DNA of 12,152 nucleotides from a virus (Duplodnaviria; Heunggongvirae; Uroviricota; Caudoviricetes): IMG/VR virus record IMGVR_UViG_2529293223_000011; one strand, 5' to 3'. Shown piece by piece: positions 6,745 to 12,152 of this stretch (position 1 is its first letter; each line of letters starts with the position of its first letter). The notes under the pieces were generated by a model. It saw only the letters and a program-made list of their open reading frames with translations, ran no database searches and was not told where the DNA came from. The position numbers and the translations under genes were made by a program.

Positions 6745-8170
6745 GTAATGCCGATCAGTTAAGGATCAGTTGACCGATCCAGTGGCTGTGTAAGAATCCG
6801 GAAACGCTCACTTGTTTCCGGATTTTTTTATGCACATTGGACAGGCTCTTGATCTGGTATCCCGTTACGATTCTCTGCGTAACCCACTGACTTCTCTGGG
6901 GGATTACCTCGACCCCGAACTCATCTCTCGTTGCCTTGCCGAATCAGGTACTGTAACGCTACGCAAGCGCCGTCTTCCCCTCGAAATGATGGTCTGGTGT
7001 ATTGTTGGCATGGCGCTTGAGCGTAAAGAACCTCTTCACCAGATTGTGAATCGCCTGGACATCATGCTGCCGGGCAATCGCCCCTTCGTTGCCCCCAGTG
7101 CCGTTATTCAGGCCCGCCAGCGCCTGGGAAGTGAGGCTGTCCGCCGCGTGTTCACGAAAACAGCGCAGCTCTGGCATAACGCCACGCCGCATCCGCACTG
7201 GTGCGGCCTGACCCTGCTGGCCATCGATGGTGTGTTCTGGCGCACACCGGATACACCAGAGAACGATGCAGCCTTCCCCCCAGACACATGCCGGGAACCC
7301 GGCGCTCTACCCGCAGGTCAAAATGGTCTGCCAGATGGAACTGACCAGCCATCTGCTGACGGCTGCAGCCTTCGGCACGATGAAGAACAGCGAAAATGAG
7401 CTTGCTGAGCAACTTATAGAACAAACCGGCGATAACACTCTGACGTTAATGGATAAAGGTTATTACTCACTGGGACTGTTAAATGCCTGGAGCCTGGCGG
7501 GAGAACACCGCCACTGGATGATACCTCTCAGAAAGGGAGCGCAATATGAAGAGCTCAGAAAACTGGGTAAAGGCGATCATCTGGTGAAGCTGAAAACCAG
7601 CCCGCAGGCACGAAAAAAGTGGCCGGGACTGGGAAATGAAGTGACAGCCCGCCTGCTGACCGTGACGCGCAAAGGAAAAGTCTGCCATCTGCTGACGTCG
7701 ATGACGGACGCCATGCGCTTCCCCGGAGGAGAAATGGCGGATCTGTACAGTCATCGCTGGGAAATCGAACTGGGATACAGGGAGATAAAACAGACGATGC
7801 AACTGAGCAGGCTGACGCTGAGAAGTAAAAAGCCGGAGCTTGTGGAGCAAGAGCTGTGGGGTGTCTTACTGGCTTATAATCTGGTGAGATATCAGATGAT
7901 TAAAATGGCGGAACATCTGAAAGGTTACTGGCCGAATCAACTGAGTTTCTCAGAATCATGCGGAATGGTGATGAGAATGCTGATGACATTGCAGGGCGCT
8001 TCACCGGGACGTATACCGGAGCTGATGCGCGATCTTGCAAGTATGGGACAACTTGTGAAATTACCGACGAGAAGGGGAAGGGCCTTCCCGAGAGTGGTAA
8101 AGGAGAGGCCCTGGAAATACCCCACAGCCCCGAAAAAGAGCCAGTCAGTTGCTTAACTGACTGGCATTAC
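6745..8170 (+). mobile_element. IS4 insertion sequence (1426 bp) in the J-lom intergenic region, with 12-bp target duplication
   Basis: Terminal inverted repeats GTAATGCCGATCAGTTAAGG (left) and GTAATGCCAGTCAGTTAAGC (right, reverse complement). Contains an IS4-type DDE transposase reading frame (MHIGQALDLVSRYDSLRNPLTSLGDYLDPEL...). Length and 11-13 bp duplication fit IS4. Confidence 0.88.
6830..8156 (+). pseudogene. IS4 transposase (InsG-like), split into two overlapping frames by a frameshift at about 7277-7283
   Basis: ORF 6812..7399 (N-terminal ~190 aa) and ORF 7227..8156 (C-terminal ~290 aa) are consecutive parts of one ~440-aa IS4 transposase but in different frames. The join falls at a C-rich run (gccttccccccagaca) where the first frame reads AAFPPDTC and the second reads [11 protein letters not shown]. 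Probable start is ATG 6830 (MHIGQ). Confidence 0.7.
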
Positions 8171-8182
8171 ACCATTTCTGGT
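8171..8182. repeat. Right copy of the 12-bp IS4 target-site duplication ACCATTTCTGGT
   Basis: See left copy. Each copy together with flanking bases can still form a short ACCA/TGGT hairpin. Confidence 0.8.
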
Positions 8183-8204
8183 GCTCGTATCTGGGTTATA
8201 AAAT

Positions 8205-8663
8205 TCAGCTGATACTGATACCTGCTGTGGATTTCTTCATCACAACAACCAGCAAATCGCTGATACTTGCTGTGGGATACCAGCCATTTACCAGCCATGC
8301 CGATACAGAAAACTCCAGCGTCATGTGACCGTGACCGGCAGGCATATCAATAACACCCGTATATATCAGCGTATTATCCAGGGTCGTTCGGTTATAAATT
8401 TCAGCACCGTTTTTCTTCACTATCAGGCGGCATGACGAATAAATATTGTTATTCTTCCGCTCATGTTTAGCACCGCGAAACGCCACCGCGGGAATAACAA
8501 TTTGCCGATCAAACGGCTGATCGTCATAAACCCTGACGGTAATGGTCCCTGATGGCCACCTCTCCGGTGCCGGGAGTCCCGTGGGAAAGGTTTGCCCACT
8601 GTTTTAACGAGATCGCCTTCAATCTGGTTCGCGGACAATTTTCCCAGAACCCGACAGTTCTTA
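8205..8663 (-). pseudogene. J: Out-of-frame 3' remnant of the J gene encoding the C-terminal domain
   Basis: After the J stop at 8664-8666 the J-like sequence continues in two other frames. Frame of ORF 8423..8638 reads [33 protein letters not shown] (lambda J: VTIAENCTINGTLRAEKIVGDIVKAASAAFPRQ). Frame of ORF 8205..8486, extended upstream, reads [32 protein letters not shown]...VIDMPAGHGH...VVVMKKSTAGISIS (lambda J ends DWPSGTRTVTVTDDHPFDRQIVVLPLTFRGSK...IVDMPAGRGN...VMVIKKQALGISVV). Confidence 0.8.
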
Positions 8664-11600
8664 TTAATCGTGACGTGTGACGTTGTTGAGCGTCCCGGAG
8701 TTCGCGTTCACGTTACCGCTGATATCGGCATTTTTCGCCGTCAGCCGTCCGCCAAGTGTCAGGGAAAATGCCGGGGGATTACCGCCGCTGGTAATGGTCG
8801 GAGCCGTCAGGCGTTTCAGGAACACGTCGTTCATGAATATCTGATCGCCCTGACCAACAAACATCGGCTTTGTGTTGCCATTCACAGGATTAATCATCGC
8901 AATCCTGTCTGCCGCCAGCAGCACCTGACTCTGCATTCCTGCTGGCGTATTCTCAATACCGGCACCGATACCCGCAATATAAAGGCGTCCGTCCTTCATC
9001 TGTTGCAGCTTCACAGCCCACATGCTGTTCAGGTTATGATTTGTATCAACCTGAACCTTCTGTATCTGCTGGATCGCTGCACTCTGGTCTTCCAGTTTCT
9101 TATTGACGGTCTGCGTGATTTCATTGCTGACATTCGTAATGGACGTCCTGATTTCAGTCAGGTCCGGCGCAAGCTGACCGTTATCAATCTGCGTCCACAA
9201 CTCCTTGCCGAGATGCGTTTTATTGATCAACCCTTTATAAAAACTCAGATAACCTTCCGCATCATCGCTCGCCCGACCGACGGCCTCCACAAATGCCGAT
9301 TTGCCAACGGTGTTCACACTGCGAACGTAAAAATAATAATCATGGCCCGGTTTGATATTGATACTGGCGGCTATCCAGTACAGCGCCGTGCCAAGATAGC
9401 GGGCTGTGGTTTCAACCTGCCTGATATCCGCAATCCGCTTTTCCGAGAACCAGAACTCAAACTGTACCGTCGGGTCATAAACGGCAAGATGCGGCGTGGC
9501 GGTTATCTGAAAATAGCCCGGCGTCAGCTCAATCCTCGACGGTGCTGCCGGTGCGGCAATCCGGAACGATACCGACGCCGGATCGCCCTGCTGCCCCCAC
9601 GCATTTACCGCCCGGACTGTCAGTCTGTAGTTCCCCAGCGCCAGTTGCGTGAAGCGGTATGTGGTTTCCGTCGTCCGGGCCGTGCTGACCAGCCGCTCAC
9701 TGCCGTCATCCGCTGTTACGGTCAGACGGAGCAGGAAGCTCCCGCCCTTCACCACCTTCGGCGTGTCCCAGCGCGCCAGCACCTGATATTCCCCGCTGTC
9801 TGCGGTGACTTCGGCGGTCAGGTGCTGCACTGCTGGCGGCGTGACACCATTCACCGTGCCGCTCTGGTCACCGTAAAAGTGCGCCCCGTTATCCACGATG
9901 GCCCCTTTTTCCGGCACATGCTGCACGGCAGTGATGGCATACGTGCCGTCGTCGTTCTCACGGATACTCACGCAGCGGAACAGGCGCTGGCGCAGCGTCG
10001 GCAGCTTCAGCCCCCACACGCTGTATTCTGCAACGCCGTCAGGAACACGGCTCACTTTCACCTTCACGCCGTCGGTGACGGACTGGACCTCCACACTGAC
10101 CGGATTGCCACTTCCGTCAACCAGGCTTATCAGCGTGGTACCGGAGGACGGCAGCGTGATTTCACGGTCGAGCGTCAGCGTCCGGGTCTGGCTGTTCACC
10201 GCCAGTACGCGACCACCGGTGCTGATACCGGCATAATCATCATCGCAGATTTCAATGACATCACCCGGTACATGGCGAAGCCCTTCTGCGCCCACGCTGA
10301 AGTCCACGGTCTGCGTTTCCAGCAGTTCCGTTTTAATCAGCCACAGCCCGGCGCGGTGTGCCTGTCCCCGGCTGGTACAGCCAAAGGCATCCATCTTCGT
10401 GACGTTACGACCGTAACGGAGAATGGCCTGCGTGTCCTCCACAAGCTCTGTCGCCGTCTCATGACCGTTGTCCGGATCAATCCAGTTCACCTCAACGACA
10501 TTATGGCGGTCCTTCAGGGCGCTGAAGCTGTAGCGTAACGGCGCGCCATCATCCGGCATCACCACATTACTGAGGTTATAGGTCCACACCTTATCCGACG
10601 GTCGGTCCTGCACGAACGTCAGCATCTGTCCGTTCCATACCGGCATACAGCGCATCGCCGAGCAAAAATCACTGAGCACATCCCACGCCTTGCGCTGCGT
10701 GGTCAGGTACGCATTACAGGTGATACGCGGTTCCGTGCCACCAAAGCCATCCGGCACTGACTGGTCGCAATTCTGGCCGATGACATACAGCGCCCATTTA
10801 TCCACATCCGCCGCACCAAGACGTTTCCCCATGCCGTAGCGCGGATGGGTCAGCATATCCCACAGACACCAGGCCATGTTGTTGCTGTATGCCGGTTTTA
10901 ACGTTCCGTCCCAGATACCGCTGTATTGTCGCGTCTGCGGGTTATAGTTCGACGGCACCTGCAGAATGCGCCCGCGAAGATGATAATTACGGCTCACCTG
11001 CTGGCTGCCGAACTGCTCCGAATCCACCTGTACGCCGACCAGTGCCGTGTTCGGGTAGCACTGTTTCACATCGATGATTTCGGTGTATGACGACCAGAGC
11101 GTTTTGTTCTGCAGCTGGTCTGTGGTGCTGTCCAGCGTCATCCTGCGCATCCGGATATTGAACGGGCGCGGCGGCAGGTTACCCACCACCACCGAGGCCA
11201 GATACTGTGAGGTGGTTTTGCCTTTAATGGTGATGTCTTTTTCCGTCACCCAGCCACCGTTACGTTGTATCTGAACCAGCAGGCGGACTTCCGACGGATT
11301 CCTGTCCCCCTTTGAGGTGGTTTCCACCAGTGCCTGCACACCGAAGGTCAGGCGCAGACGGTCGATATTTGCAGACGTGATGGTCCGGGTGATCGGCGTG
11401 TCATATTTCACTTCCGTACCCAGCACCGTCTCGGAGCCGGAGGATTCAAAGCCCTCCGGCGGTGTCTGCTCCTGCTCACCTGCCCGGAACACCACCGTGA
11501 CACCGGAGATGTTGGTATTCCCCTCAGTGTCCAGCACCGGCGTACTGTTCAGCAGCACGCTTTTTAATCCATCCACCGGACCTTCAACCGGCCCTTCACT

Positions 11601-11690
11601 GATGGCATCAATCACACTCAGCAACTGCGTGGATTTCAGGTTGTCCTTCGCTTCGCGCGGGGTATGCCCCTTACTGCTGCCTTTACCCAT
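8664..11690 (-). CDS. J: Tail tip / host specificity protein J, truncated at 1008 aa (lambda J is 1132 aa as I recall)
   Basis: N-terminus [34 protein letters not shown] and long internal stretches match lambda gpJ. ATG at 11688-11690 with GGAG upstream. The frame ends ...[13 protein letters not shown] then TAA TAA, immediately after a 7-bp tandem duplication. Confidence 0.9.
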   Translation of the reverse strand: MGKGSSKGHTPREAKDNLKSTQLLSVIDAISEGPVEGPVDGLKSVLLNSTPVLDTEGNTNISGVTVVFRAGEQEQTPPEGFESSGSETVLGTEVKYDTPITRTITSANIDRLRLTFGVQALVETTSKGDRNPSEVRLLVQIQRNGGWVTEKDITIKGKTTSQYLASVVVGNLPPRPFNIRMRRMTLDSTTDQLQNKTLWSSYTEIIDVKQCYPNTALVGVQVDSEQFGSQQVSRNYHLRGRILQVPSNYNPQTRQYSGIWDGTLKPAYSNNMAWCLWDMLTHPRYGMGKRLGAADVDKWALYVIGQNCDQSVPDGFGGTEPRITCNAYLTTQRKAWDVLSDFCSAMRCMPVWNGQMLTFVQDRPSDKVWTYNLSNVVMPDDGAPLRYSFSALKDRHNVVEVNWIDPDNGHETATELVEDTQAILRYGRNVTKMDAFGCTSRGQAHRAGLWLIKTELLETQTVDFSVGAEGLRHVPGDVIEICDDDYAGISTGGRVLAVNSQTRTLTLDREITLPSSGTTLISLVDGSGNPVSVEVQSVTDGVKVKVSRVPDGVAEYSVWGLKLPTLRQRLFRCVSIRENDDGTYAITAVQHVPEKGAIVDNGAHFYGDQSGTVNGVTPPAVQHLTAEVTADSGEYQVLARWDTPKVVKGGSFLLRLTVTADDGSERLVSTARTTETTYRFTQLALGNYRLTVRAVNAWGQQGDPASVSFRIAAPAAPSRIELTPGYFQITATPHLAVYDPTVQFEFWFSEKRIADIRQVETTARYLGTALYWIAASINIKPGHDYYFYVRSVNTVGKSAFVEAVGRASDDAEGYLSFYKGLINKTHLGKELWTQIDNGQLAPDLTEIRTSITNVSNEITQTVNKKLEDQSAAIQQIQKVQVDTNHNLNSMWAVKLQQMKDGRLYIAGIGAGIENTPAGMQSQVLLAADRIAMINPVNGNTKPMFVGQGDQIFMNDVFLKRLTAPTITSGGNPPAFSLTLGGRLTAKNADISGNVNANSGTLNNVTRHD
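8670..8683. repeat. Perfect 7-bp tandem duplication GTGACGT-GTGACGT (ACGTCAC x2 on the coding strand) at the J truncation point
   Basis: Plus strand 8670-8676 equals 8677-8683. Removing one copy turns NNVT-RHD-stop into NNVTINKNC..., continuous with the lambda-J-like downstream frame. Confidence 0.8.
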
Positions 11691-11700
11691 TCGTCATGCT

Positions 11701-11732
11701 CCATAAACGACAAAACCGCCCGGAGGCGGTTT
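11701..11732 (-). other. Perfect 8-bp stem-loop in the I-J intergenic spacer, possibly a weak terminator or RNA stability element
   Basis: AAACCGCC(11713-11720) CGGA GGCGGTTT(11725-11732). On the minus strand it is followed by TGTCGTTTATGG, which also holds the J ribosome-binding site GGAG. Confidence 0.3.
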
Positions 11733-11750
11733 CACATAAAACATTTTACA

Positions 11751-12152
11751 TCAGCGACCAATCACCACAACCTGACCACCATCCCCTTCGTCTGCCGTGC
11801 TGATCTCCTGAGAAACCACACGTGACCCCACGCGCATTTCACCGTACAGAACGGGCAGAACATTGCCCTGGGCAACCATGTTATCCAGTGACGAGAAATA
11901 CGTGTTCTGCTTACCGTTATCCGTTGTCTGTGTACGGGGAGTTCTGGCTTTCGGTGCCAGCATCTGTGCAACACCGCCAAGCGTCATACTGGCACCGAGA
12001 GAAAACAGCAGATTACTCGCCATAATTCCTACCCCCGGCATCCATATAGCAACCGCCATAACAGCCGCCCCCAGCACCGCCTGAAACACACCGCCACTTT
12101 TAGCTCCCACCAGACGCGGTACTATGTGGATCACTGCACCATTTGCCAGCGG
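11751..12152 (-). CDS. I: Tail assembly protein I, C-terminal part; N-terminus lies beyond the window edge
   Basis: ORF ends ...LAPKARTPRTQTTDNGKQNTYFSSLDNMVAQGNVLPVLYGEMRVGSRVVSQEISTADEGDGGQVVVIGR, matching the C-terminus of lambda gpI as I recall it, and sits directly upstream of J. Stop codon at 11751-11753. Confidence 0.85.
   Translation of the reverse strand, partial: PLANGAVIHIVPRLVGAKSGGVFQAVLGAAVMAVAIWMPGVGIMASNLLFSLGASMTLGGVAQMLAPKARTPRTQTTDNGKQNTYFSSLDNMVAQGNVLPVLYGEMRVGSRVVSQEISTADEGDGGQVVVIGR

Noticed and set aside
6959-8212. Minus- and plus-strand ORFs within IS4 (6959-7198, 7152-7424, 7479-7850, 7937-8125, 7958-8212)
   Set aside because: Alternate frames of the IS4 transposase region. 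IS4 is known to encode a single transposase.
8592-10538. 648-aa plus-strand ORF, the second longest in the window
   Set aside because: It lies entirely antisense to J, which has clear lambda gpJ homology. Its translation is Arg/Cys/His/Pro-rich with no recognisable domain, typical of the antisense frame of a GC-rich gene.
1-12152. A CRISPR array, toxin-antitoxin pair or other novel defence or biosynthetic system
   Set aside because: No direct-repeat/spacer periodicity and no unexplained multi-gene cluster. Every substantial ORF is accounted for by lambdoid tail genes, two IS elements, ipaH and a DinI-like gene. Claiming a novel system would not be supported by the sequence.

Overview
The window looks like the right end of a decayed lambdoid prophage in a Shigella/E. 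coli chromosome, followed by a virulence cargo locus. On the minus strand the lambda-order tail genes run I (partial, off the window edge), J, lom, stf, tfa. On the plus strand downstream sit an ipaH-family type III secretion effector (LRR domain plus C-terminal E3-ligase domain) with a MxiE-box-like promoter element, and a DinI-like gene. The tail module carries four separate lesions: a perfect 7-bp tandem duplication plus a second frameshift truncating J before its C-terminal domain; an IS4 copy (its own transposase frameshifted) inserted with a 12-bp target duplication into the J-lom terminator hairpin; and an IS600 copy with a 3-bp GAT duplication splitting tfa in frame. The ipaH gene is intact. 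All identifications rest on reading the translated ORFs and recalled family sequences; no database search was run. I found no CRISPR array, tRNA/rRNA or convincing novel defence-type system; the points of interest are the decay pattern and the regulatory wiring of the cargo gene.
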